56,751 nucleotides of DNA from a candidate division FCPU426 bacterium (GTDB taxonomy: Bacteria > Oederibacteriota > Muellerivitia > Muellerivitales > Muellerivitaceae): assembly GCA_963830915.1 (NCBI GenBank), contig CAWHOE010000059.1, positions 1 through 56,751 of the forward strand, given 5' to 3'. Both the position numbers and the translations under genes were made by a program. This document shows positions 28,588 to 40,100 of this stretch, in pieces. Under the pieces are notes generated by a model. That model was not told the DNA's origin. It did not search any database and worked only from the letters and a program-made list of their open reading frames with translations. Numbering within the stretch: the first letter of the stretch is position 1; the number at the start of each line of letters is the position of its first letter.

Positions 28588-28989
28588 ATGAAAGAGTTCA
28601 AGTTCTACGCCATCAAGGGGAATATGCTGGATTTAGTCATCGGCATCGCCCTAGCCGGGGCGGTTGGGAAAGCCGTCACGGCGGTCGTTTCCAACCTGAT
28701 CATGCCTTTCCTGGGGATGGCGGCCGGCGGGATCAATCTGTTGGACCTCAAGTACACCCTGCGTCCCGCGGCCCTTGACCCCTCGGGTAAGGTCTCCCAA
28801 GAGGCCCTCTCCGTCAATCTGGGCCTATTGCTCCAGGCTTTCATCGATTTTGCCCTTCTGGCCCTGATCGTTTTCATCCTCTTCAAGATCGTCCATCGGA
28901 TGAGGAAGTCCCACCCGGACCACGCCCCTTCCCAGGCGAAACAGGAAGAACTTCTTACCGAGATCCGGGACCTGCTCAAAAAACGCTGA
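28588..28989 (+). CDS. mscL: Large-conductance mechanosensitive channel, second divergent copy
   Basis: [38 protein letters not shown]. Confidence 0.9.
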   Translation: MKEFKFYAIKGNMLDLVIGIALAGAVGKAVTAVVSNLIMPFLGMAAGGINLLDLKYTLRPAALDPSGKVSQEALSVNLGLLLQAFIDFALLALIVFILFKIVHRMRKSHPDHAPSQAKQEELLTEIRDLLKKR

Positions 28990-29079
28990 CCCGGACTTTG
29001 GGTCAAAAATTCCTTCAAGCCTTTCAATACAAGAACCAACCCTGATATAAAATGGTCCCAAGGGAACCCAGGGGGCGGC

Positions 29080-29469
29080 ATGACGCCGAAAAAAAAGAAC
29101 CGTTCGGCTCAGGACAAGTTGTTCGAGGAAACGGTGGCGCGGACGATCCAAGAACTGCCGCGAGACTTGCGCCAAGCGTTGTCCACGGTCCATATCCTCG
29201 TCCAACCAAGACCCGGAACATCCCCGAAGAAGGGAACGGGCGGGGAAGAAGACCTGCTCGGGGTTTTCGAAGGGATAAGCCTGAAGGAATGGCCGGCCGA
29301 GATGGACCGATGGTTTCCCGACAGGATCATCCTTTACCAGGACAACCTCGAGACGTCCTATCCGGATCGGGAAGAACTCAAGCGGGAGATCCGCAAGACC
29401 CTCCTGCACGAGCTGGGCCATTATTTCGGATTCAATGAGAAGGAACTCAGGGAACGGGGTCTGGAATAA
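29080..29469 (+). CDS. Zincin-like metallopeptidase (DUF1025 type)
   Basis: LLGVFEG, PDRIILYQ, LLHELGHYFG. Confidence 0.9.
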   Translation: MTPKKKNRSAQDKLFEETVARTIQELPRDLRQALSTVHILVQPRPGTSPKKGTGGEEDLLGVFEGISLKEWPAEMDRWFPDRIILYQDNLETSYPDREELKREIRKTLLHELGHYFGFNEKELRERGLE

Positions 29470-29470
29470 A

Positions 29471-30322
29471 ATGAGAGAAAGTCCCATCATCAGCATTGAA
29501 ATAAAGGTCGAGGGCGCCCATCAAAGGCCCCTTTGGTCCACCCTGACCTTGCCGGAAGAAAGACGGGGACCGGTCATCGTGATGGCCCATGGTTTCCTGG
29601 GTTTCAAGGACTGGGCCTTTTTCCCATGGCTATCCGATTTTTTCGCTCAAGCCGGTTTTCCGACCCTCCGGTTCAATTTCTCCGGCTCGGGCATGGGGCG
29701 TTACCGGGATGGGGCCTTCACCGAACTGGAGGCGTTCCAGCGAGACACTTTTTCCCGTCAGGTCGAGGACCTGCGCGTGGTCATTTCGGCCCTGAACCGT
29801 GGACAGGCGGCTCCCGAACTGCCCCCGCAAAAGGAGGTCTTCCTTTGGGGCCATTCCCGGGGAGGAGCTGTCTGTCTGCTGACCGCGGCTTTGAATCCTC
29901 AAGTCCAGGGAGTGGCCACCTGGGCCACCATCGCCCGGGTGAATCGGTATTTCTACGAAACCAAACAGGCTTGGCGCAAGGACGGTTTCTTGCCTTGTGA
30001 AAGCTCCCGCACCGGGCAGACCCTCCGATATTCCCTCGACTTCCTGGAAGACGCGGAGCAATGGGGAAAGGAAGGGGATGTCCCCGCGTACTTGAATCGG
30101 GTCGAGATCCCGGTCTTTTTGGTCCATGGTTCGGAGGATACCAGCGTGCCCCCGGAAGAATCGGAGAGCCTGGCCGCCATCCATCCCCATGCCCAATTGG
30201 CCATCCTGGCCAAGGCCAACCATAAGTTCAATTCCTCCCATCCCTTCACCGATCCGCCGGGGGTCTTGATCGAAGCGGCCCAAAAGACGGTCCGCTTTTA
30301 TGAAAGCCTTCTGTCGGAGTAG
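29471..30322 (+). CDS. Alpha/beta hydrolase
   Basis: AHGFLGFKDW, GHSRGG nucleophile elbow, HGSEDTSV, ANHKF. Confidence 0.9.
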   Translation: MRESPIISIEIKVEGAHQRPLWSTLTLPEERRGPVIVMAHGFLGFKDWAFFPWLSDFFAQAGFPTLRFNFSGSGMGRYRDGAFTELEAFQRDTFSRQVEDLRVVISALNRGQAAPELPPQKEVFLWGHSRGGAVCLLTAALNPQVQGVATWATIARVNRYFYETKQAWRKDGFLPCESSRTGQTLRYSLDFLEDAEQWGKEGDVPAYLNRVEIPVFLVHGSEDTSVPPEESESLAAIHPHAQLAILAKANHKFNSSHPFTDPPGVLIEAAQKTVRFYESLLSE

Positions 30323-30339
30323 GTTAATATGGACGACCC

Positions 30340-31037
30340 ATGAACCCCCAATCCTTCCGATGGTCCAAACCTGTTCCGCTCCAAGGCGGGACCTTTTCCA
30401 GGGGTCCGTTCCAATTGAAAGATTTCCCGGGTTTTTCCGCCCGGGACCTGAGGGCCTTGGAGCTTTATTACGCCACCCAGCTGGCCCGTTATCATTCCCC
30501 CGAACAGAGGGTGGGATGGCAGACGGCGGAAAGCCAGAAGATCCGTTTCGAGACCCTGACAGCGGTGGGGCCCTTGAAAGGCGCCAAGGTCCTGGACGTA
30601 GGATGCGGTCTGGGAGGCTTGTGGGGTTACCTCCGGGAAGAAAAGATCGCCGTCGATTACACCGGCATCGACCTTTTCCCGAACGTCATCCGGGAAGCCC
30701 GCCAGCTCTTTCCTGAGGCGCGGTTTGAGACCAGGATCCTTTTGAGCCATCCCTATCCGGTCCGGAGTTTCGATTATTCCTTCCTATCAGGGGTATTCAA
30801 CGTGAAGGTCCAGGACAACTGGGAATATATGAAGGCCTTGTTGACCACGGTCCTGAGGCAGTCCAAGAAGGCGGTGGCCTTCAATGTCCTGAACGCGGAG
30901 GCCGGGTTGAGGGAAGGGAACCGATTCACCGTCATTCCCCGGGAACTGGTGGCTTTCGGCGGCGGCTGGGGGTTTCCCGGGTCCATTTAATGGACCAATA
31001 CCATCCTTTGGATGTGACGTTATTCTTGTATAAATAA
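30340..31037 (+). CDS. Class I SAM-dependent methyltransferase (apparent frameshift near 30960)
   Basis: VGW...SQ..RF, VLDVGCGLG, YTGID, SGVFN; the alternate frame gives RLGVSRVHLMDQYHPLDVTLFLYK*. Confidence 0.8.
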
Positions 31038-31092
31038 ACCGATCGAAGGCAAAAGACTGGAAATATCGGGAAGGGTTTTCTAAACTCACACC

Positions 31093-31917
31093 ATGAATGT
31101 CAACGCCCCCAAACGGATCGTTTCTTTCGCCCCGCCAGTGACGGAAATATTGGATTACATGGGACTCTCCGACCGGGTCACCACAGCCAAGGAATTCTTC
31201 GAGAACCAGCCGCCCGTTTCGGACCGGCAGAAACCCGAGTTCTGGTTCTCCACCGCCGAGAGCCGGGTCCAATCCTTACGCGCGGACCTGGCGATCACCT
31301 ACTCCATCGCCCAACAGGACCTGCACAAAAGACTGAAAGAGCGGGGCTATAACGTCCTGCATCTTGATCCGATGGCCATGCGGGACATCGAGGATTCCTT
31401 CCATCATATCGGCAAAGCGACGGGGATGGTCGAGGAAGGGAAAAGGCTGGCCCAGGATTTCGCGGGGGGCTTGTCGGCCCTTACGGAGAAGATCCCGATG
31501 AACGCCTACCGACCCAAACTCTACTGCGAGGAATGGAACAAACCGCCCTCGGTGGCGGGGAGCTGGTGGACCGAGCTCATGAACCAAACCGGCGCCCATT
31601 ATTTCCCCATCCTGGCCCGGGAACTCAGCCGGGCCGTCAAGATCGAGGAAATGGTCCGGTTCGATCCGGAGATCATCGTCTTTTCCATCTATGGGGAAGG
31701 GTTGGGTTTCGACCCGGCCGAGATATTGAAACGCATCGGGTGGGAAAGGATCACGGCGGTCCGTAAGAGGCGGGTTTTCACGGTGGACGACAGCCTTTTG
31801 AATTTTCCCGGGCCGAAACTGATCCAAGGGGCCAAGGTGATCCAATCGATCCTGGGGGAATCCTTCTGGGGCTGGCCTTTGGTGGATCCGGAGCAGGCAA
31901 GACGGGTCATCAATTAA
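31093..31917 (+). CDS. BtuF/TroA-like helical-backbone substrate-binding protein
   Basis: PKRIVSFAP.VTEIL, CEEW.KP, W..ITAVR..RV, LN.PGP.L..G; no obvious signal peptide. Confidence 0.8.
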   Translation: MNVNAPKRIVSFAPPVTEILDYMGLSDRVTTAKEFFENQPPVSDRQKPEFWFSTAESRVQSLRADLAITYSIAQQDLHKRLKERGYNVLHLDPMAMRDIEDSFHHIGKATGMVEEGKRLAQDFAGGLSALTEKIPMNAYRPKLYCEEWNKPPSVAGSWWTELMNQTGAHYFPILARELSRAVKIEEMVRFDPEIIVFSIYGEGLGFDPAEILKRIGWERITAVRKRRVFTVDDSLLNFPGPKLIQGAKVIQSILGESFWGWPLVDPEQARRVIN

Positions 31918-32118
31918 GAGACGTGGATAATTAGTAGGTTTTTTATTTTTGTTAAATCTTCGATCCCCGAAGAATCCACTTCTAATTCATGGCTTTTTTG
32001 ATGACCTCGCTTGAAGTTAAAACTGGATTTTTATCGATGTATCCAATAATCTTAATATGTTAGGTGATGATTTTAAGGTTTTACCTTAAGGAAATCGTTT
32101 GTCGAAGGGTTTTAAGCC

Positions 32119-32643
32119 ATGACGAGCTCCAAGACCGGAACCACTGTTCCCCAATCCATGGACGTGAAGATCCCGACGTCCAAAGAACTTTACGAATTCT
32201 TCGACGTGTTTTTCCAGAAGTGGGCGAAGATCCCTTCCGATTATTTCAGCTGGCCCGAGGAAGGACCGCTGCCTTTCCCCATGGAAGAAGGGATCCTATT
32301 TTCCCAACCCTTGAATGGACTGATCGTGGTCAGGACGTCATTAGATTTCGGCAACCTGTTGACCGAACTGGCCCAGGAACGGAAACAGGATGAGTCCAAA
32401 AGGAACGCGCTCTTCACCGAGATGACCGTTCTTTTCTGGCATAAGTTCGCCATGAAATTCTGGCAACTCGATAGCCGCCGCATCACCCCCGCTATCCTCA
32501 GGCACTGCGTGCCGGCGGAATGGCCGGACCGTAAACCCCAATCGGCCTGTTTGGCTTTCGTGAAGGAATACCCGGTCGAGATAAGGCTTTGGACCGGATT
32601 GACCGACCAAGAGATCCAGGCCTGGAGAAAGTCCCGGGGTTGA
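32119..32643 (+). CDS. Hypothetical protein, possibly CheX/CheC-like fold
   Basis: ILFSQPLNGLIVVRTS..FG..L..LA...ALFTEM pattern; lies upstream of the histidine kinase. Confidence 0.45.
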   Translation: MTSSKTGTTVPQSMDVKIPTSKELYEFFDVFFQKWAKIPSDYFSWPEEGPLPFPMEEGILFSQPLNGLIVVRTSLDFGNLLTELAQERKQDESKRNALFTEMTVLFWHKFAMKFWQLDSRRITPAILRHCVPAEWPDRKPQSACLAFVKEYPVEIRLWTGLTDQEIQAWRKSRG

Positions 32644-32733
32644 TCCGGGAAATATCCCATCCCAAAGCTTCGATAATCCAGAATTTTTGAACCGGGCAAA
32701 ACGCCGGTCTCGACGCCTTCAAGGAACGAACCC

Positions 32734-34959
32734 ATGTCCATCCAACCCTCCGATCTGATCACGGCCTCCCCGCTGAATTTCCAGGAAATGGTCAAGAGCA
32801 CCGAACAAGGCATCGTCGCGTTCGATATCGAGTGCCGATATATCCTTTGGAACCCCGCCATGGAAAAATTCACCGGCCGTTCCCGCGAGGATGTCCTGGG
32901 CCGGGAGGTCTTCGATTTATTCCCATTCCTCAAAACAACGGTTTTCGAGAGGGCCCTTCGGAGCGCGTTGAAAGGCGAGATGACCGTTTTGCCCCAGCAA
33001 CCTTATCCCGGCCCTCAGGGAAGCGAGATCCATCTGGAAAGCCGCTTTTTCCCTTTCCGGAACGAGCGGCAGGAAGTGGTCGGGGCCGTGGGGATCATCC
33101 AAAACGTGACCTCAAGCTATCAGGCACTGGAGGCGTTACGGCAAAGCGAGGAAAAATTCAGGAAGATCTTCGAGGAATCCCCGCTTCCCATGGCGTTCCT
33201 GGAAAAGAATCAATTCACCCTGGTGAACCAGGCTTTTGGCGACCTCCTGGGTTATACCACCTCCGAACTCATCGGACGACTTTTTACGGAGGTCACCCAT
33301 CCGGATGACCTGACGATAAGCCTGGAAGCCACCAAGACCATGAGGGAAGGCGATGGCCGCAGTTTCAAGATCCAAAAAAGGTATTTGAACAAGAACGGGG
33401 AGACACTTTGGGCGAACGCGACCGTCACCGGATTCCAGAACGAACAGGGAAAACTGCAAAGATCCATCGTGATGATCGAGAACGTCACGTTCGAAAAAAT
33501 GGCCCAGCAAGCCCTGCAAAAATCCGAGTCGGACCTAAGGGCGATCTTTAACAGCGGATCCCACGCGATCGTGCTCATCGGCCGGGATGGGACCATCCGT
33601 GATTACAACCAGAAGGCCCTGGACCATACCTGGCGTTTCTCCAGGAAGGCGATGGTCAAAAACCAACCGTTCACTGACTTTGTGACGGACGAATATCTTG
33701 GCCCGTTCATGGACCTTTTCAACAAGACCCTGGAAGGCGAATCCAAATTATTGGAAAGGCAGTTCCAATCGCCGGATGGGGCCATTCATTGGTTCGAGGT
33801 GAACTACAGCCCGGTCCGGGATAACCGCGGGGTCATCACGGACGTTTGTTTGACCATCAACCTGATCGACGAGCGAAGGATGGTCCAAAAGGCCCTGATC
33901 GAAAGCGAGGAACGCTACCGCCGGCTGGTGGAGTTCTCCCCCGAGGCTGTCATGGTGCATTCGGAAGGCAAGATCCTTTACGCCAATCCCGCCTGCTTGA
34001 AGGGACTGGGGAACATCACCCTGGAGGAGGCGGTCGGACGGCCCATCCTGGATTTCATCCATCCCGAGTACCGGGCCGGGATCGTATCCCGCGTCAGGAA
34101 GATCTCGGAAAAAGGCGAATCGAACGAGTTCTTGGAAACAAAAATGATCGACCTGGAGGGCCAGGTGCTCGAAGTGGAGACCAAAGGAACCCCCTTCCTT
34201 TACCAAGGAAAGCCCAGCGTCCTGACCCTTGTCCGCGACATCTCAGAGCGCAAGAAGAACCAGAAGATGCTCCTTCAATACGAGCGACTGGCCGCGGTGG
34301 GCAAGGTCATCGCGGCCATCGCCCACGAGATCCGAAACCCTCTTTCCATGGTGGCGGGGACAAGCCAGGTCCTAAAGGAAAGACTCGCCGATCAACCCGA
34401 GTTCGCCAAGGACATCGAGACCCTGTTGACCCAGACCGAACGGCTGAGGAATTTCATGAACGACATCCTGGATTATTCCAAAGAGATGGCCATCAAAAAG
34501 GGAGCCATTGGGGCGAAAGGGTTGTTGGAACAATCCCTGAAACTGGCCCAGGCCCAAGCCGGGAAAAAGGCGTTGAGGACCCATATCCGATGGGAAATGG
34601 ATACGAACCTCCCGGACCTGTGGGTCGACGGGGACCGATTGACCCAGGTCCTGGTCAATGTCATTTTGAATTCCCTCCAGGCGATGGATCAGGAGGAGAG
34701 CGTGTTGACCATCTCGGGAAGGGTCCAGGCTTCCATGGAAAGGATCGTGCTGGGGATCCAGGACAACGGGACCGGGATCAAAGAAGCCGAACTGGAACAT
34801 TTATTCGAGCCTTTTTACACCACCAAAAAGCACGGGACGGGTTTGGGCCTTTCCATCAGCCGTAAGATCATGGAAGCCCATGGAGGTTCCATCGAGATCC
34901 ACCCGGGGATCCTTCAGGGGACCATCTGCACCATCCAGATCCCCCTCCGAAAAGCCTGA
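32734..34959 (+). CDS. Multi-PAS sensor histidine kinase
   Basis: Four PAS/PAC repeats; AHEIRNPL H-box; QVLVNVILNS N-box; DNGTGI, FEPFYTTK, GTGLGL. Confidence 0.95.
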   Translation: MSIQPSDLITASPLNFQEMVKSTEQGIVAFDIECRYILWNPAMEKFTGRSREDVLGREVFDLFPFLKTTVFERALRSALKGEMTVLPQQPYPGPQGSEIHLESRFFPFRNERQEVVGAVGIIQNVTSSYQALEALRQSEEKFRKIFEESPLPMAFLEKNQFTLVNQAFGDLLGYTTSELIGRLFTEVTHPDDLTISLEATKTMREGDGRSFKIQKRYLNKNGETLWANATVTGFQNEQGKLQRSIVMIENVTFEKMAQQALQKSESDLRAIFNSGSHAIVLIGRDGTIRDYNQKALDHTWRFSRKAMVKNQPFTDFVTDEYLGPFMDLFNKTLEGESKLLERQFQSPDGAIHWFEVNYSPVRDNRGVITDVCLTINLIDERRMVQKALIESEERYRRLVEFSPEAVMVHSEGKILYANPACLKGLGNITLEEAVGRPILDFIHPEYRAGIVSRVRKISEKGESNEFLETKMIDLEGQVLEVETKGTPFLYQGKPSVLTLVRDISERKKNQKMLLQYERLAAVGKVIAAIAHEIRNPLSMVAGTSQVLKERLADQPEFAKDIETLLTQTERLRNFMNDILDYSKEMAIKKGAIGAKGLLEQSLKLAQAQAGKKALRTHIRWEMDTNLPDLWVDGDRLTQVLVNVILNSLQAMDQEESVLTISGRVQASMERIVLGIQDNGTGIKEAELEHLFEPFYTTKKHGTGLGLSISRKIMEAHGGSIEIHPGILQGTICTIQIPLRKA

Positions 34960-35084
34960 ACCTCCCGTCCGCTGGACCATCCGACATCCTTCTTCCCTTG
35001 TTTTTCACGGACCTTTGAGTCGGCCCGGTTTTTTTAACCTATAATGAAAACCGGCCATTCCATCACACCACCAAAGGCGGCCTT

Positions 35085-37184
35085 TTGAGCAGGTTCATTC
35101 CAATAAGTTCCAATAAATCGATCTGGGTTTCCTTGGTCGTCCTGACGACGGCCAACGGAATACTCTCCTTTTGTCCGCTATCCTCTGGGATCAAGCTCGG
35201 GGTCCTGACGATCGGGGTCATCCTTCCCCTGGTCCTGATATGGAAGACCGAGGTCGTTCCGCCTGGGCCCATCTCAAGCGATAGGGACTTTCCTGTACTT
35301 CCTGCTTGGGTCCTGGGATTATTTTTCCTGGCGGCCGTAAGTTTGAGGTTCTGCCGATTGACGGATCTTTCCCTTTGGCCCCTGACCGACGAGGCCATGA
35401 ACGGGTATTACGCCATGGAACTTTCGGAAAAAGGGAAGGTCCAGCTGTTATATGGATTCAGCGCCATGCCGCCCCTTTATGATTGGTTATTGGGATTTTT
35501 CTTCAAGATTTTCGGCGTATCCCTGAGGACCCTTTGGCTGCTACCGGCTGTTATTTCCAGCCTGACCGTCATTTTCACTTATTGGGCCGGCCGGTCGTTC
35601 TTCTCCCGTTCCTTCGCCGTTCTTTTCGCAGGATCGATGGCTTTCTCCTTTTGGCCGCTTTATGCCGGTCGTTTTTCCGCCCAAGGGGGTTTGGCCCTCT
35701 GTTGGGAAATGCTCGTTCTCGCCGTCCTGGGATGGTTCTGGAAAGTACCGGAAGGAAAAAGAACAACGAGCGCTTTTCTTCTGGGTGTTTGTTCCGGGAT
35801 CGGTTTCTATACCTATACTTCCTGGCCTGTTGTGGCGGTCCCCTTGACCCTGGTCGTTTTCCTCAAGCTCCGGACCAAAAGTTCCATCGATTGGAAAGGG
35901 TTCCTTTTATTCCTCATCCCGCAGGGTTTGTTGTTCGTTCCCATGCTCAACCGGTTCTTTTTCGGTGGGGGCTATCTGCCCTATGTCCTTCAAAACCCTT
36001 TCCAAGGTTTCAGAGGATTCAATGACCTGATGAGCTTTTTCTGGGGCAGTCCCTTGCCCCCGAACCTCTTCGCTTACAGGCCTTTCTGGGGCGGGCTCTT
36101 GAACCCATTACTGGGTGCCCTGTGTTTCCTGGGAGTTTTTTACTGTTTGAAAATATTCCCAAAGCCCTTCCGCTGGATGGGACTGGGTTTGTTTGTGACG
36201 CTCGTCCTTCCGGGTTCTCTGACGGGGGGACTGGATATGTACCGTGTTATCCAAGTCCTTCCGATGCTTCTTTTTTTCATAGCGGTCGGGTTGGTTTGTT
36301 TTTGGAATATATTGCCAAAGAACGGGAAGCTCCCAGGGCTGATAGCGGTACTGGTTATCTCGATCTGTCTGGATCTTTTCCATCTCTTCGGTATTTATCA
36401 CTCGATCTGGACCCATCCGAAAGACAACTGGTTCGCTTCCAAGTCGGTGGAACGGATGAGAGCCTATGACATCCTTGAGGAAGCGAACGCCAAAGCGGGT
36501 CCCGGGTTCGTGCTTTCGGACCTGGTGCCGGACATCTACGACCAGAGCCTTTCGTTGGCGGCTTATGGTTTCAACGTCGAGCAAAACCCCAAGTTCCATC
36601 CAGCCGACGCCAAGTGGGTCGCCTTACTGACCAATATCCATTACCAGGACGCTTTGACCAAAGAATTCCCGGAGGCCAGGTCGTTCTGGCTGGCTTCGGA
36701 CGTGGAGAGGCCGGACGGCGGGTTGATGCTGGTGATTATCCCCCTGCCGTCTTCCCATCATGAGGAATTGAACCGATGGATCGGGGTGGACCTGGCCATG
36801 CGGGAAATGCTGGACGAGGTATATGACAACCGGGATTGGAAGGATAGAGGTCCCATCATCCGGGACCTTTTCCAGTTGTATCCCCTGGTCAAGGGTGACC
36901 GCTTCCTCGAATCCTGTTTCTTTGAAAAGATAGCCGAGAACGAATATGGAGACCGACACTTGCCGGAACAGATCGGGGCACTGCGACAAGCCCTACAACG
37001 GGGCATCCCGACCGCCCATCTTTACAACGCTTTGGGAGCCTTGGATTGGCGGCGAGGTGATATTAAGCAAGCCAGGATGGAATTCCAGGAAGCCCTGCGA
37101 TGCCGTCCCAACCATACTTCCGCCGGGACGGCGTTACAGTTGATGGATGAACAGGAAAGAACGGGGAAAGCCCCGGTCCCCTGA
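35085..37184 (+). CDS. GT-C (family 39/ArnT-like) membrane glycosyltransferase with C-terminal TPR
   Basis: LRF..L.......DEA, PPLY, many TM helices, LYNALG...A..EF..AL...P. Confidence 0.75.
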   Translation: MSRFIPISSNKSIWVSLVVLTTANGILSFCPLSSGIKLGVLTIGVILPLVLIWKTEVVPPGPISSDRDFPVLPAWVLGLFFLAAVSLRFCRLTDLSLWPLTDEAMNGYYAMELSEKGKVQLLYGFSAMPPLYDWLLGFFFKIFGVSLRTLWLLPAVISSLTVIFTYWAGRSFFSRSFAVLFAGSMAFSFWPLYAGRFSAQGGLALCWEMLVLAVLGWFWKVPEGKRTTSAFLLGVCSGIGFYTYTSWPVVAVPLTLVVFLKLRTKSSIDWKGFLLFLIPQGLLFVPMLNRFFFGGGYLPYVLQNPFQGFRGFNDLMSFFWGSPLPPNLFAYRPFWGGLLNPLLGALCFLGVFYCLKIFPKPFRWMGLGLFVTLVLPGSLTGGLDMYRVIQVLPMLLFFIAVGLVCFWNILPKNGKLPGLIAVLVISICLDLFHLFGIYHSIWTHPKDNWFASKSVERMRAYDILEEANAKAGPGFVLSDLVPDIYDQSLSLAAYGFNVEQNPKFHPADAKWVALLTNIHYQDALTKEFPEARSFWLASDVERPDGGLMLVIIPLPSSHHEELNRWIGVDLAMREMLDEVYDNRDWKDRGPIIRDLFQLYPLVKGDRFLESCFFEKIAENEYGDRHLPEQIGALRQALQRGIPTAHLYNALGALDWRRGDIKQARMEFQEALRCRPNHTSAGTALQLMDEQERTGKAPVP

Positions 37185-37188
37185 GCCG

Positions 37189-40100
37189 TTAGCGCGTAAT
37201 CTCGTAGAACATGGTCTTGTATCCCGGCCTCATCTCGAAGGTCAGGGTTTGCCCGTCCCGGTCAAAGGAAACATCCGACGTCCTTCGGCCCGAGGGATCC
37301 AGCGCGTAGACCTTCACCTTATCCAGGTCGCCCGTCATTTGGGTCAAACGCACCTTCCCGACCATGGGTTCCACCAGCACCGGCAAGCTGCCAGGGCTTT
37401 TCAATTTGTTGCCGGCGGGGACGGTTTCCATGCCCGTATTGATGGCGTTGCCGATGGCCGAGACCAGGATATGGCCCGTTTCGCCCAGGGGTTTGTCCTC
37501 CAGGCTGGAAGCGACGACCGTGCCGTAGTCATTCTTGAGGGTGACTTCCAGGTTCGTAGCTGACTGGGGAACGCCCTTGGTAAAGCCCGAGAAACCCTGG
37601 GTCCTGGGAGTGTCCAGTTTCAATATCCCATTGCCGTAATCGAGGACCACTTCCCCCGTATCCGAAGTGACAACCTTGTTCCTGGAATGGGAAACCAGCA
37701 ATTGCTTGGGATCCAATAACTGGTTTTTCTGATCGGTGAAGGCGATCCCCGTTTTAGCGACCAGCGAAAGCTGCGGGTCCAGGTCCAGTTTGGAAGCCGG
37801 GTCCAGGGCCTCCTCCGGGGTCATAGGCGCGAAGAACTCGTCCGAAGCCTCCTTCACGTCATGCCGGTGGAAAAGCAGGGCCGTGGCCGGCCAAAGGCCT
37901 TTCTGACCCGGCTGGTTATCCACGTTGAAATTGTTGTCCAGCGGGCCGTCAAAGGTATCGCTGTGCGAGAAAGCGAATTCCAAGGCGTTCCAACCCTGAA
38001 GGTCGCAATAGGCCGAGAACAACAACTCCGCCTCATGGCGATAGTCGTTCGGGGCGCAGGATTGCCATTCGGTGACGATGTAGGGCATGCCCTTCACCCT
38101 TTTCTTGCCCAGGGGGTCCATTAATCCTCCCTTGGAGTCCCTCAACATGGAACGAGGGTCGAAGGTCACCGAGGGACTGTAGCCGTAGCCGCCCTCGATG
38201 TTGGCCCAGTAATTATGACGGTCGATATAGTCCATCTGGGAGTTGGCGTACAGGTCGGCCGGTATGTCCGTCCAGTGGTTGCTCCCGGTCATGAGGGATT
38301 TACATCCCAGGCCACGCACGAATTCCCGGATTGTCCGGTAATAGTTGAGCTGGGTGTCGTAGTAGAAATGGAAGGTGTCCAAGGCCCTTTGGCGAGTGTA
38401 GGCCTTGTAGGAGTCGTCCTGCCAATTGCCGATGACCTCGACCGTGCCTTTCTTCGGGTCCTCGTCCTTGCCCAGGGCGCGGTTGCCCAGTTCACCCGTC
38501 TTGGCGGCCCAACGGGCCTCCAGCGTCTTGCGGGTCTTGAATTTTTTCAACAGCCATTGATTGAACAGGGCGTTGAACTCAGATCGATAAGCGGGAGAGG
38601 GAATACCGAAATCCCCCAGGTCGCCGCTGCGGTAGAAGAGGCTGTCCTCGTTCATCACTTCCATCAGGCAGACTGACGGGTCCTCGGCGTAGGTCTTGCC
38701 CGTGTAGGGGTTCTTGTGGCCCAGGAACTGGCGGATGAAGCCTTCCTCCAACTCGATGAGTTTGGGGTCGAACTCCCCCTCGATCTTGAAGCCGTTGGGG
38801 ACAGTGTCCGGGTCCTTCACCCCGTCGGAGGCCATGGCTTTGCGGTGCACGATCATGTCGAAGTACTGGTAAATACCCCGTTTCTGCAACTGGGCCACCA
38901 GGTAGTCGAACCGGTCCATGGATTCGGGGTCCAGGGTCTGGGTATTGTCCTTGTTCCCGAAGATATTGCGGTTGGTCCAGGGAGCGTCCATATGGTGGTG
39001 CCGGGTCATATTGCAGCCCATCTGGGCCAGGGTTTGGGCCATCCAGTCCGCCTGCTCATGGGTGGGGAAGTTGGCCGAGGCCACCACGTTCAGTCCCCAG
39101 AAACGGGCCGGGGTTCCGTCGGCGAAAACGAATCGGTCGCCTTGGGTCTTCACCCGTCCGTGCTTGCCCGCGGGCCCGTCGAGGAGGCCGCTCATATCCA
39201 GGGCTGTTCCCTTCTGCGCTTTCACATCCACATCCTGATAAGCGAACCAATCCTTCGTGTCATAGACCTTGGGTTCCAGCTTCACCAGATAAGGGCCGTC
39301 CTGGCCAAGGGTCAACCCCGCCAGCATCAGGTAAGAACCGTCCCCGGCGGTGGAAGCGGTGACCTGGGTGATGATCTTGTCCGGATAAGGGTTGGCCCAG
39401 GCGAATAGGGTCAATGCCACAGGGTCCTTCTTGGGATTGGCGCCGGTCCAGCCGACCCGGGCCACGGCGCTGGTGCCGGGCGTCCACCAGTCGAAGATCT
39501 CCACATTATTGCGGATAGGTATATCCACGGTGGAACCGTCCCCGTAAGTGACCCGGTAATTTCCCACATGGGGCGCGGCCCAGGCGGCACCCTGCAGGAA
39601 GTAAAGGGCCTTGCCTTTGCCGTTCACCGGAATATCCACCGTGGTCGGATAGGCCGCGTTGTTCTGTCCCCTCAGGACCACGCACTGGTGGTTAGGGGTG
39701 GAGGAAATGTCGAAGGGGATCCCCTGTAATAACTGGGTCCCGAAAGCCATGTCATAGACGCTGTTCTCGCCCTGTCCGGTCCAGCCCGGGCCCGCGCCTT
39801 GGGGGTCGTCCTTGAAGTTACGATCCGCTGCGGAAGCCAGGGAAATGGTCTGGCAGGAAGGATGGCGGTCCAATATTTGTTTCAAGGATAACTCGGTGAT
39901 GTCGGACGAGGACGTTCCCAGGTCGGCCTTCTGAGCGGGGTCGCGGACGAAGGCCACGTCGTCGATAGAAAGATCGAAGTCGGCGTCATTGACCGAGGGG
40001 CAGAATTTCAGGACCGTGGCGTCGGAAAAACCAGGGGGAACGGGTTTGCCCCAGCTGGGTTGGGAAAATTGGTTGAAGGGAATTGTCACCAGGGTCCAAT

